Shown here piece by piece: positions 27,273 through 36,313 of a stretch of DNA of 64,000 nt. Under the pieces are notes generated by a model. The model made no database searches and was not told the DNA's origin. It saw only the letters and a program-made list of their open reading frames with translations. Position 1 is the stretch's first letter, and each line of letters opens with the position of its first letter. This DNA comes from an uncultured Chloroflexia bacterium. Its GTDB lineage: Bacteria > Chloroflexota > Limnocylindria > Limnocylindrales > CSP1-4. The stretch spans positions 43,203 through 107,202 of the forward strand of contig CAVSKR010000006.1 in assembly GCA_963728635.1 (NCBI GenBank), read 5' to 3'. A program made the position numbers and the translations under genes.

Positions 27273-29000
27273 ATGCGCCGCTGGAGCGAGCTGGCCGAGC
27301 GCGTGGCGGCAACGACCCGGACCTCCGAGAAGACCGCCCTGCTGGCCGACTACCTGCGCAGCCTGGGCCCCGACGAGCTGCCGATCGCGGCCGTCTTCCT
27401 CACCGGCCGGCCGTTCCCCGAAGCGGACCAGCGGGCCACGGGGCTCGGGTGGTCGTCGATCGTGGCGGCGGTCGGGGCACTCACCGGGGCGTCACGCGAG
27501 GACCTGGCCGAGGCGTACGACCGTCACTCCGACCTGGGCCTCTCGGTCGAGGACGTGCTCACGCGGGCCGGTCACACCCCGCCGCCGGAGGTAAGCCCGA
27601 CGCTCCCTGATGTGGCGGCTGCGTTCGCGGCGATCGAGATCGCGTCGGGGCCGGCGGCCAAGGCGCAGCTGTTGCACGCCCTCCTCGTCCGAGCCGACCC
27701 CCGAACGGCAAAGGCCATCGTGAAGGTGCTCGGCGGCGAGCTCCGCATCGGGTTGCGGGAAGGCCTCGTGGAGGCCGCCATCGCAAAGGCCTTCGACCGT
27801 CCGATCGAGGACGTGAAATGGGCGGGCATGCTGACCGGCGACATGGGCCGGCTGGCCGCGCTCGCACGCGACGACGAGCTCGGCGACGCGGAGCTCGCGC
27901 TCTTCCACCCCCTCAAGTTCATGCTCGCCTCGCCGGCGGAGGACGCGGACGAGATCATCGGCCGGCTGGGGCCCGAGGTCTGGGTCGAGGACAAGTACGA
28001 CGGCATCCGCGCCCAGCTCCACAAGCGCGGTTCGGACGTGCGCCTCTATTCACGCGACCTCCATGACGTGAGCAACCAGTTCCCCGAGATCGTCGAAGCC
28101 GCCCGGCCCCTGCGCTGGACTGGCGTGATCGACGGCGAGATCCTCGCCTACAAGGACGGGTTCGTCTTGCCGTTCATCAGCCTCCAGGCGCGCCTTGGAC
28201 GGAAGACCCCGTCAGATCAGATCAAGAGCGACATCCCGGTGGTCTACGTGGCCTTCGACCTGCTCGCCCTCAGCCCGGGTGACGACCCGGACGGCGACAG
28301 CACCGTCGATCCTCTGCTGCGCGAGCCGCTCCGGAGACGCCGGGAAAGGCTGGACCGGATCGACCTGCCGCTGGTCGAGGACGGAGGGCGCTTCACCCGA
28401 TCGCACCTCGCCGTGGCCCGCGACGCCGACGCGCTCGAAGTGGCGTTCGCCGACGCGCGTGGCCGGCGCAACGAGGGTCTGATGGTCAAGGACCCCACGA
28501 GCGGCTATTCACCGGGGCGGCGCGGGCTCGGCTGGCTGAAGATGAAGAAGGCGCTCGCGACGATCGATTGCGTCGTCGTCGGCGTGGAGGTCGGTCACGG
28601 CAAGCGCCACGGCGTGCTGTCCGACTACACGTTCGCAGTCCGCGACGAGGAGACCGGCAAGCTCGTCAACATCGGCAAGGCTTACAGCGGGCTGACCGAC
28701 GCGGAGATCGCCGAGATGACGGAGTGGTTCGAGGCGCACACGATCGCCCGGTTCGGCCGCTACCGCCAGGTCGAGCCGACCGTTGTCGTCGAGATCGCCT
28801 TCGATGTCATCGTGCGCAGCAAGCGGCACGGATCCGGGTTCAGCCTCCGATTCCCGCGGATCCACGCGCTGCGACGCGACAAGAACGTCGACGAGATCGA
28901 CACGGTCGCGACCGTGACGGCGCTGTACGAGGGTCTCCAGCACGGGTCGGAGCTGCTGGTGACGGCCGGTGCCCGCACCGTGCCCCCGGAGCCCGTCTGA
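27273..29000 (+). CDS. ATP-dependent DNA ligase
   Basis: Adenylation motif I KYDGIR plus downstream nucleotidyltransferase and OB-fold motifs; 575 aa. Confidence 0.85.
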   Translation: MRRWSELAERVAATTRTSEKTALLADYLRSLGPDELPIAAVFLTGRPFPEADQRATGLGWSSIVAAVGALTGASREDLAEAYDRHSDLGLSVEDVLTRAGHTPPPEVSPTLPDVAAAFAAIEIASGPAAKAQLLHALLVRADPRTAKAIVKVLGGELRIGLREGLVEAAIAKAFDRPIEDVKWAGMLTGDMGRLAALARDDELGDAELALFHPLKFMLASPAEDADEIIGRLGPEVWVEDKYDGIRAQLHKRGSDVRLYSRDLHDVSNQFPEIVEAARPLRWTGVIDGEILAYKDGFVLPFISLQARLGRKTPSDQIKSDIPVVYVAFDLLALSPGDDPDGDSTVDPLLREPLRRRRERLDRIDLPLVEDGGRFTRSHLAVARDADALEVAFADARGRRNEGLMVKDPTSGYSPGRRGLGWLKMKKALATIDCVVVGVEVGHGKRHGVLSDYTFAVRDEETGKLVNIGKAYSGLTDAEIAEMTEWFEAHTIARFGRYRQVEPTVVVEIAFDVIVRSKRHGSGFSLRFPRIHALRRDKNVDEIDTVATVTALYEGLQHGSELLVTAGARTVPPEPV

Positions 29001-29037
29001 CCGCGCCGCGACGACGGTCGCCGCGTATCCTTGATGA

Positions 29038-29619
29038 ATGTTCGACGCGCTCGGGGGGATGCCTGCCCAGCAAGTCCGTCTCACCCTCTACACGGACTCG
29101 TTCGTCATCCACGGTTCGCTGACGACCCGCCAGCGGCGCGTGACCGACATGCTCAACCTGGCCGAGGACCGGTTCCTCGTCCTCTCCGACGTGGCGACCG
29201 ACGAGTTCGGCACCCGCGGCGAATCGATCCGAGCCGAGTTCGCCCAGGTCAACCTCGCCTCGGTCCTCTTCGCGGTCGTCAACGAGCCGGTCGAACCCGC
29301 GCCGGAGCTGCGCACGCCGAAGATCCCGGAAGAGGCCCTGATCTCGGTGCCACCCTTCAAGGTCACCGGGTTCATCCACCTCATGCCGGAACGCAGCCTG
29401 CGCGACGCACTGTCGGAGCTGACCGGGCACTTCCTGCCGGTGACCGGCGCGACCTACTGGTCCGACGTCCTGAGCGAGGCCCGCACGACCGCCGAGCTGC
29501 TCGCCGTCAACCACGAGCGCGCCCAGATCCTCGCGCCGCACCGCGAGACGGACCCGTGGGTGGGCCTGGACCAGACCACGCCGCGACCCGAGCCGCCGCC
29601 GGAACCGACCGGCTGGTAG
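29038..29619 (+). CDS. hypothetical protein
   Basis: 193-aa ORF with ATG start and high GC3; no recognisable domain. Confidence 0.5.
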   Translation: MFDALGGMPAQQVRLTLYTDSFVIHGSLTTRQRRVTDMLNLAEDRFLVLSDVATDEFGTRGESIRAEFAQVNLASVLFAVVNEPVEPAPELRTPKIPEEALISVPPFKVTGFIHLMPERSLRDALSELTGHFLPVTGATYWSDVLSEARTTAELLAVNHERAQILAPHRETDPWVGLDQTTPRPEPPPEPTGW

Positions 29620-29638
29620 GTCGCGCGGCGGTGCCGCG

Positions 29639-30490
29639 CTAGCGGTCGACCGGAAGGTCGAGCCGGTTGCCCCACTCGGCCCAGCCGCCGTCGTACACGG
29701 CGACATCGTCGTGGCCGAGGAGGCTCAGCACGAAGGCGAGCTTCGCGGCTGCCACGCCCGATCCGTCGTACGCCACCATCCGGCTGCCGCGGCTGACATT
29801 CGCGGCGTGCAGGCGATCGCGCAGGTCGCCGCCCTCCCGCAGCCGCTGGCTGCCGGCCGCGTGCATCGAGCCGACGGGAACGTTGATGGCGCCCGGGATG
29901 TGCCCGAGTCGCCGGGTGTTGCCTTCGAAGCCGCGGTACTCGGCCGGCGCCCGCGCGTCGAGCAGCGTGACGCCGGGCGCGCCCAGGAGACCACGGACGT
30001 CCGAGGTCGTCAGATGGAGCCGGTTCGGGCCACGCGGCGTGAATGGGGTCAGCGGCGCGGGTGGGGTCTCGCCGGTCCCGCGCTCGACCGGGCGGCCCTC
30101 CGCCTCCCACGCCGGGAACCCGCCATCGAGGATCCGGACGTGTTCGGCGCCGTAGGTGCGGAACGTCCACCAGATCCGAGCCGCGTAGAGGCCCTGGGTG
30201 TCGTCATAGATCACGATCGTCGTCTCGTCGCCGATCCCGGCTCGGCCCGCCGTCGCCGCGACTCGACCGGGAGAGGCGACCCGGATGGCATCCCCGGATT
30301 GATCCATGTCGACGAGGTCGGTGCGCCAGTCGACCGAGACCGCGCCCGGGATGTGGCCCGCCCGGTGGACGTCCGCTCCGGTCCCGTCCGGCCGCCAGCG
30401 GGCGTCGAGGATGCGCACACCCGAGCGACCCAGGTGCTCGGCGAGCCACTCGGTCGTGGCGAGGATCTCGGGTCGGGCCAGGCCGGACAT
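29639..30490 (-). CDS. thiosulfate/3-mercaptopyruvate sulfurtransferase (tandem rhodanese domains)
   Basis: Two rhodanese domains; catalytic-loop region (RLGHIPGAINVP); 283 aa. Confidence 0.85.
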   Translation of the reverse strand: MSGLARPEILATTEWLAEHLGRSGVRILDARWRPDGTGADVHRAGHIPGAVSVDWRTDLVDMDQSGDAIRVASPGRVAATAGRAGIGDETTIVIYDDTQGLYAARIWWTFRTYGAEHVRILDGGFPAWEAEGRPVERGTGETPPAPLTPFTPRGPNRLHLTTSDVRGLLGAPGVTLLDARAPAEYRGFEGNTRRLGHIPGAINVPVGSMHAAGSQRLREGGDLRDRLHAANVSRGSRMVAYDGSGVAAAKLAFVLSLLGHDDVAVYDGGWAEWGNRLDLPVDR

Positions 30491-30501
30491 CGTGGGTATA
30501 T

Positions 30502-31752
30502 ATGATACGGGCCGTGGCCGCCCTCGAACCCCCTGACGACGGCCGGCTCGCGGCCGTTCGGGCGGCCCTCCCCGCGCTCGAGGCGGGCATCTACCTGAAC
30601 ACCGGCTCGGTCGGGCCGCTTCCCGCCGAGACCGCGGCCGCCATGGCCGAGCTGGCCGAGTACGAGCTCCGCACCGGCCGGGCGCACATGGCGTACTACG
30701 AGGAGATGCTCCAGCGCATGGCCGAGGCGCGTGCCGCGGTCGCCGCCGTGCTCACCGCCGACGTCGGCGACATCGCGCTGACGCACTCCACCACCGACGG
30801 CATGAATATCGGGATCTGGTCGATCGACTGGCGGCCGGGCGACAAGGCCGTCACGACCAGCCTCGAGCACCCGGGCGGCATCGGTGCGCTGTACAACCTG
30901 CGGGAGCGATTGGGTATCGAGCTCGCGTTCGTCGACGTCGGTCCGGCTCGGGCCCCGGAGGATGTCGTCGCCGACTTCGAACGCGCGATCGACCAGCGCA
31001 CGCGGGTCGTCGCGATCTCCCACGTGTTGTGGGCTTCGGGCACGGTCCTGCCGATCGCGCGGATCGCGGAGCTTGCCCACGCCCAGGGGGCCGTCCTCGT
31101 GGTCGACGGCGCGCAGAGCGCCGGCGCCATGCCGGTCGACCTCGAGGCAACGGGCGCGGACGTGTATGCGATCCCCGCCCAGAAATGGCTGCTCGGGCCG
31201 GAGGGCATGGGTGCGGTCGCGGTGGCGCCGTCGGTCCGGGATCGTCTCGCTCCGGCGTACGGTGGTCATTTCACATTCGAGAAGGTCGACTCGAGCGGGA
31301 CGGCGGTCTGGTGGCCGGACGCGCACCGCTTCGAGGCGTCGAACTACCACCGTCCGTCGATCGTCGGTATGGCCCGCTCGATCGGGTGGATGAGCATGTT
31401 CCTCGGACTCGACTGGGTCTACGGTCGCGGCGCGGCGATGGCGGACGCGGCCGCCCGCCGGCTGGCCGCGATCGATGGCGTGGAGGTCGTGACGCCGATG
31501 GACCGGATGGCGACGCTCGTCGCGTTCCGGATCGCCGGCTGGCCCGCGCAGGTCGCGCTCGACGAGTTGAGCGCCCGGGTGTTCGCGGTCGCTCGGATCG
31601 TGGCGCTCATCGATGCGCTGCGGATCAGCGTGGGGTTCTTCACCTCGGACGACGAGCTGGAGCGCTTCGCCGGCGCTGTCGAGCTGCTCGCGGCTCACAC
31701 GCCGGAGACGATCCCGCCCAGGCGGACGCTCACGATCCTCAGCGGTGGCTGA
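30502..31752 (+). CDS. class V aminotransferase-fold PLP enzyme (cysteine desulfurase/selenocysteine-lyase-like)
   Basis: ATG at 30502; class V fold, PLP-Lys region (AIPAQKWLLGPEGMG); divergent from the rhodanese; ORF-track start 30043 is an extension. Confidence 0.8.
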   Translation: MIRAVAALEPPDDGRLAAVRAALPALEAGIYLNTGSVGPLPAETAAAMAELAEYELRTGRAHMAYYEEMLQRMAEARAAVAAVLTADVGDIALTHSTTDGMNIGIWSIDWRPGDKAVTTSLEHPGGIGALYNLRERLGIELAFVDVGPARAPEDVVADFERAIDQRTRVVAISHVLWASGTVLPIARIAELAHAQGAVLVVDGAQSAGAMPVDLEATGADVYAIPAQKWLLGPEGMGAVAVAPSVRDRLAPAYGGHFTFEKVDSSGTAVWWPDAHRFEASNYHRPSIVGMARSIGWMSMFLGLDWVYGRGAAMADAAARRLAAIDGVEVVTPMDRMATLVAFRIAGWPAQVALDELSARVFAVARIVALIDALRISVGFFTSDDELERFAGAVELLAAHTPETIPPRRTLTILSGG

Positions 31753-31825
31753 CGGGCCACCGATCCGGCGGCGTTCCTGGGCGGAGATCCGCTGGCGCCA
31801 GTTCCGCAACGCCCCCCGGCCCGTC

Positions 31826-32140
31826 GTGCGGGCCGTGCTGTCCAGCCTGGTGATCGCGATCGTGCTGGCGGTCGCGTACCTGTCCTACGACCTCGCGCTC
31901 GTGCATGGCGCGACCCTCCCCGGCGGTGACCTGCGCCTCCTCGCACTCCTCGCCTACGCCGTGGCCGTCCTGGCCGTCGGGACGGTCGTCACCTATCTCG
32001 TCGTGCCCCAGCCGAGCGGGTCCGGGACGATCCGCCGACGGAGCCCCTGGAGCGCCGCCCTCGGGCTGTTCGCCGCCGTGCCGATCGCGTGGCTGGTGAT
32101 GATCGTGACGCTCCAGCTCATCCGGCCGATCCTCGCCTGA
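31826..32140 (+). CDS. hypothetical small membrane protein
   Basis: GTG start; three predicted TM segments; start uncertain. Confidence 0.35.
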   Translation: MRAVLSSLVIAIVLAVAYLSYDLALVHGATLPGGDLRLLALLAYAVAVLAVGTVVTYLVVPQPSGSGTIRRRSPWSAALGLFAAVPIAWLVMIVTLQLIRPILA

Positions 32141-32295
32141 TCGTTGTCGCGTCAGTGCAACACCAAAGGCTGCCCGACGATGCGAACCGCCTAGCCCATC
32201 CGTACCATTCCCGCTACCCTGCGCTGGCATCATCATCCGGCGTGTCTCCCGGGGATCCAGGGAGACCCTCCGCATCTCCCTTCGAGGTTTCCGCG

Positions 32296-32598
32296 TTGTC
32301 CATCGACGAGCAGCACGTCGCGCTCCCGAAGCTCTACGGAGCACCGGCCTACGCCCGCCCGCCGGCCGTGGCGGAGACCGTCGATCGGCCGTTCGATCCC
32401 GATGACCTCCCCATCGAGGCATTCCAGACAGAGGAAGACCGCGCCTTCGCCGCGACCTTGCCCGCCCGGGCCTGGGCGCCCGGCGGCTCCTCACTCGATC
32501 GCGGGCGGCGTGACGGCCGGAGCGGCGATTCGCCTCTCAGCCTCGCCGGGCGGCACCTGAGCCTTCGCTCGATCGCGGGCAAGCTCCTCGGCGACTGA
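32296..32598 (+). CDS. hypothetical protein
   Basis: TTG start after GAGG; high GC3; no motifs; lies just upstream of tRNA-Ile. Confidence 0.3.
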   Translation: MSIDEQHVALPKLYGAPAYARPPAVAETVDRPFDPDDLPIEAFQTEEDRAFAATLPARAWAPGGSSLDRGRRDGRSGDSPLSLAGRHLSLRSIAGKLLGD

Positions 32599-32647
32599 CC
32601 GGGCCGCTTCGGACCGATTTCCCTCCCGGCGGGTGTAGCATCGTCGC

Positions 32648-32723
32648 GGGGGAGTAGCTCAACGGTCAGAGCGGCGGGCTTATATCCCGCTGGTTCCAGG
32701 TTCGAATCCTGGCTCCCCTACCA
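32648..32723 (+). tRNA. tRNA-Ile, anticodon TAT (UAU) by manual folding
   Basis: 76 nt: acceptor GGGGGAG/CTCCCCT (G1-U72), D-arm GCTC-AACGGTCA-GAGC, anticodon arm GCGGG-CTTATAT-CCCGC (U33, A37), T-arm CCAGG-TTCGAAT-CCTGG, discriminator A, encoded CCA. Confidence 0.75.
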
Positions 32724-32743
32724 GCCCTCCTCCAACCCCCGTG

Positions 32744-33496
32744 TCAGCGAGCGGCTGCGCGAACCGCCTCCGCGACCTGCTGACGGCGTCCATCGGTGAG
32801 GCTGCGTTGTGGCGGCAGCGCATCGATCCAGGCGACCAGCTGGTCCGGCGCGAGCACGGCACAGTCCGTCGTCCGTGGCATGGTCGGCTCGGGTCCGACG
32901 ACAGCCGCGTAGACCTTGACGACGAAGTCGGCGTCATCGTGGCCGAGCCAGCGTCGGACACGCTCGGCATCGCGAGCCGCCCGCTCGAGCGGGTTCTCGA
33001 TCGAGACCCATCCGCGTCTCGTGCGGAGCTCCCAGCGTCCCTCGCGGATCCGGGTCACGGCCGCGGGCGGCAGCTCTCGGATGACTGCGCCACCGAACGG
33101 TCCGATGACGAGCTCCGAGACGCCGCGACCATCGGGCAGCGTGATGCCCGTCGCGACGATGACATCGTCGGCAGCTCCGTCGAGCGCGCGGATGGTCGTC
33201 GATCGACGCGGGATGCGACCGCGCGCCGAGGCCAGGATCCGGACGAGCCGGCTCGTGCCGATGAGCACCAGCCCAGCGGGCGCGACGAGGGCGATCGACC
33301 AGACGGCAGCACCGGTCGCGATCTTGCCGGCATCGAGATGTCCTTGGGGCATCAGCGACCGCAGGGCAGGCGTCGCGAGCGCGAGGTATGCGAGGACGAT
33401 GCCGGTGACGATGAGCACCGTCCCGACGACGGTGCTCCCGACGAGCGGCGCCATCGACGGTCGCTGGGTCGCGTGCGAGGGGTGGATGACCTCCAT
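32744..33496 (-). CDS. NERD (nuclease-related domain)-like membrane protein
   Basis: ATG at 33496 (MEVIHPSH...); two N-terminal TM helices then region with ELVIGPFGGAVIREL resembling the NERD core. Confidence 0.5.
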   Translation of the reverse strand: MEVIHPSHATQRPSMAPLVGSTVVGTVLIVTGIVLAYLALATPALRSLMPQGHLDAGKIATGAAVWSIALVAPAGLVLIGTSRLVRILASARGRIPRRSTTIRALDGAADDVIVATGITLPDGRGVSELVIGPFGGAVIRELPPAAVTRIREGRWELRTRRGWVSIENPLERAARDAERVRRWLGHDDADFVVKVYAAVVGPEPTMPRTTDCAVLAPDQLVAWIDALPPQRSLTDGRRQQVAEAVRAAAR

Positions 33497-33747
33497 GAGG
33501 CCATCCTCGGGAGCACGGCCGGGAGCGTCGATGGGCGAACCGGGGTAAGCGGTGCGGCCGGTGGGACCACGGCGCACACCGGACCGCACCTCACCCGACA
33601 GGCCCGGCCGTGGGCTGGTGCGCGCCTGCACCGCGCCGGTCGGCGACCGCGCACCGGACCCCCGTACCATTGCTCGGCCCTCGCCCGAAACGCATCCTCG
33701 CGGTCAGGATGCATCGTCCCGACCGTCACCCCAGACCCCCCAGAACG

Positions 33748-35217
33748 ATGCGCGAGCCAGGTCGCTGGCGGGCCCGCATCGGTGCGTCGATCGGCGCCAT
33801 CGCGCTCGTGCTGTCGGCCGTCGCCCCGGCGTGGGCAGGTTCGGGTCCGACCCGCCTGTCCGACCCCGCCGCGTCGCCTCGCTCGGGCACGCCCACGACG
33901 ACCGTGGCGATCACCGTCGGATACCGGAACCGCGAGGGATCGCCCGCCGACTGGGTGCGCGTGACGGTCGCGGGCTCGACGCGAACGATGTCCAGCACCG
34001 GTGGCACCGACTGGAAGCGCGGAGTGACCTTCCGGTGGGCCGGTCGGCTGCCGGCCGGTTCGCACGCCATCTCGATCGAGGCGATGAGCCGCGACCGGTT
34101 CTCCGACACGATCTCGGCGGGAACGGTCACGATCGCCACCCCGCCGACCCCCGAGCCGACCCCGCGTCCGACCGCGCGCCCGACGCCGAGACCGACTCCC
34201 CGTCCGACCCCACGCCCGACTCCCCGGCCGACGCCGAGGCCGACTGCGGCACCGGTCGCCGCTGCGCCGACGGCGGCTCCGACCGCGTCGCCCACCGCGT
34301 CGCCGAGCGAAACCGCCACCGCCTCGCCCAGCCCAGCGCAATCCCCAACCGAGAGCCCGGTTCCGAGCGAGGATGCCGTGGCGGTCGTGCCCGGCCTCGC
34401 CAGCGCGACACCCGGTGGCGGCACGTCACAGCCGGGAGCCCCGGTGCAACCACCCGTCGGGGGAGGGGACGACGGGCCATTCGCGGCTTTCGAGGCAGGC
34501 ATCGACTTGCTCACGAGCGGTCGCCCATCCGTCCCGCTCGGCCTCGTTGCCACGCTCGTCACGACGTCTGGCGTCGTCGGCGCGACGCTGGCCTTTGGCG
34601 TATTCGGAAAGCGCCGGCGGGACGGCGAGCCACCGGTTCCCGACGAGGTGCTCCGGCACAACGCCTCCAGCCCGATCGCGATCGCGGCCGCAGCCGCCTA
34701 CGCCGAGAGCCTTGCTGCGAGTCCCCACCCGGGCGTGGCGGTCGCGAACGCCCCCCACCCGCTCGACAGCGAGCTGGCGATGCCGCGCTGGCGCCGTCCG
34801 TCGCTGCTCGAGGCACGCAGGAACGACCCGATCCGCGACGCGACCGATGCTCCCCGCCTCACCTTCGACCACGGGCTGGTCGGGCCGATCGACGGGCGCG
34901 AGCGTCGACTGATCCGCTACAGCCTGGTTCGCCTGCTCGATATCCCCGACGAGCTGCGCGGGACGGAGCTCGCCTTCCTCGACCAGGGTGACGAGGTGCA
35001 GCTCCTCGAGAAGCGCGGCGACTACTGGCTGGTCCTGTGCCCTGACGGCCGCCAGGGCTGGATCCACAAGATGACCCTCGGCGACGTGATCGGCGAGGCG
35101 CCGGTCCAGAGCACGCCCACCGCGACGATGCCGATCGCCGCGGACACCTGGACGATGGGCGATGACGTCGACGGCGACGTCCTCGCGGCCTACATGGAGA
35201 GTCGCCGCCGGGCCTGA
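33748..35217 (+). CDS. secreted/membrane-anchored protein with PT-rich repeat linker and C-terminal SH3b-like domain
   Basis: Signal peptide (IGASIGAIALVLSAVAPAWAG), (TPRP)n repeat tract, central TM helix, C-terminal YWLVLCPDGRQGWIHKMTLGDV resembling bacterial SH3. Confidence 0.6.
   Translation: MREPGRWRARIGASIGAIALVLSAVAPAWAGSGPTRLSDPAASPRSGTPTTTVAITVGYRNREGSPADWVRVTVAGSTRTMSSTGGTDWKRGVTFRWAGRLPAGSHAISIEAMSRDRFSDTISAGTVTIATPPTPEPTPRPTARPTPRPTPRPTPRPTPRPTPRPTAAPVAAAPTAAPTASPTASPSETATASPSPAQSPTESPVPSEDAVAVVPGLASATPGGGTSQPGAPVQPPVGGGDDGPFAAFEAGIDLLTSGRPSVPLGLVATLVTTSGVVGATLAFGVFGKRRRDGEPPVPDEVLRHNASSPIAIAAAAAYAESLAASPHPGVAVANAPHPLDSELAMPRWRRPSLLEARRNDPIRDATDAPRLTFDHGLVGPIDGRERRLIRYSLVRLLDIPDELRGTELAFLDQGDEVQLLEKRGDYWLVLCPDGRQGWIHKMTLGDVIGEAPVQSTPTATMPIAADTWTMGDDVDGDVLAAYMESRRRA
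34144..34250 (+). repeat. imperfect 12-nt tandem repeats encoding a (Pro-Thr-Pro-Arg)n linker
   Basis: ccgacccc(g/a)cg(t/c) units repeated ~8 times inside the CDS. Confidence 0.5.
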
Positions 35218-36158
35218 CGCGTCCGGTCACGGCGCGGCCGCTCGCCCCCGGCCGGCTCGCGCCGCAGCACGAGGATGTGCTGGTGGGCGATGTTCGGGAC
35301 GAACACCCGCGGGTATCCGTACGGGCGCAAGCGTGTCCCGGCCTGATGCCAGATGAGGTCGCCCTTGGGCACGAGCCCGGCGCCGTCCGCACGGGCCGCG
35401 AGATCGGCGCCCACGAACTGGTAGCGGCCATTCTGGTAGGCGTCGCGCACGATGACGATCGCGTAGCGCCCCGGGCGCAGGATGCGCGCGAGCTCGGCGA
35501 ACACCCGGCCCATCGCCTCGAGGAACGCCTCGTAGTCGGCGGCGTTGGCGAGGTCGGCGGGAGCGTCGCTGATCATCGCGTAGTCGGTCCGCCGGTTCGC
35601 GTGCGCCTCGGCGAGCTTGCCGCCGGCCATCGTCAGCGGAAGCTGGATGTTGTAGGGCGGGTCGGTCGCCACCAGGTCGATCGAGGCGTCCGGCAGCGTC
35701 GGCAGGATCTCGAGCGCGTCGCCGGTCCGCATCTCGAGCCCGGCCGGATCGAATGAGCGGATCGGACCCGGATCCGCCGTCCCGAGGTCCGCGATCGCGG
35801 GGCCACGCCCGTCGCGCTCCCCGGCGAGCCCGGCGACGACCTCCTCGTACACGGCGACCCAGCGCGGGTCGAGCTCGATGCCGAGCGCACGCCTGGGTCC
35901 GCGCGCGATCGCGGCACCGATCAGGGTGCCTCCGACGCCGGCGAATGGGTCGAGGACGAGCTCATCGGTCTTGCTGAAGAACTCGATGAGGCGCGCCATG
36001 AGGCGTGGCGGCTTGTTCGCGCCGTGCGCCTTGCGCGCGACATGACCGAGCTCCGAGGGATAGGCGGTCGTCAGGACCGACTTCGTGAAATAGAGCCATT
36101 CCTCGCCGGGCAGCTCGTTGAGCGTGTTGTCGGGGTGGGGAGCTCGACGGCCGTCGGT
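35190..36158 (-). CDS. DNA methyltransferase, N4-cytosine/N6-adenine family; orphan
   Basis: AdoMet motif HGANKPPRLMARLIEF...VLDPFAGVGGT precedes catalytic DPPY (LVATDPPYN); GTG start at 36158 leaves a divergent promoter for the LAL gene; ATG 36293 alternative. Confidence 0.7.
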   Translation of the reverse strand, partial: TDGRRAPHPDNTLNELPGEEWLYFTKSVLTTAYPSELGHVARKAHGANKPPRLMARLIEFFSKTDELVLDPFAGVGGTLIGAAIARGPRRALGIELDPRWVAVYEEVVAGLAGERDGRGPAIADLGTADPGPIRSFDPAGLEMRTGDALEILPTLPDASIDLVATDPPYNIQLPLTMAGGKLAEAHANRRTDYAMISDAPADLANAADYEAFLEAMGRVFAELARILRPGRYAIVIVRDAYQNGRYQFVGADLAARADGAGLVPKGDLIWHQAGTRLRPYGYPRVFVPNIAHQHILVLRREPAGGERPRRDRTRQARRRLSM

Positions 36159-36313
36159 CACGACGCGCAGCGTAGCCGCTCCCGGCGGCGAACGGACCGC
36201 GACCGGCGGCGTCGGGGCTGCCTTCGGAAGAGTGGTGCCCGCGGTCCACAGGTCAGCCCGGCAGTCGCCGATCCGTGGGTGTCCAGCGCCCACCGTTGTG
36301 TACGATGGGCTCG

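Noticed and set aside
34144-34250. Tandem 12-nt repeats considered as a CRISPR or VNTR locus
   Set aside because: Units are short, imperfect, in-frame and encode a PT-rich linker inside a CDS; no spacer architecture
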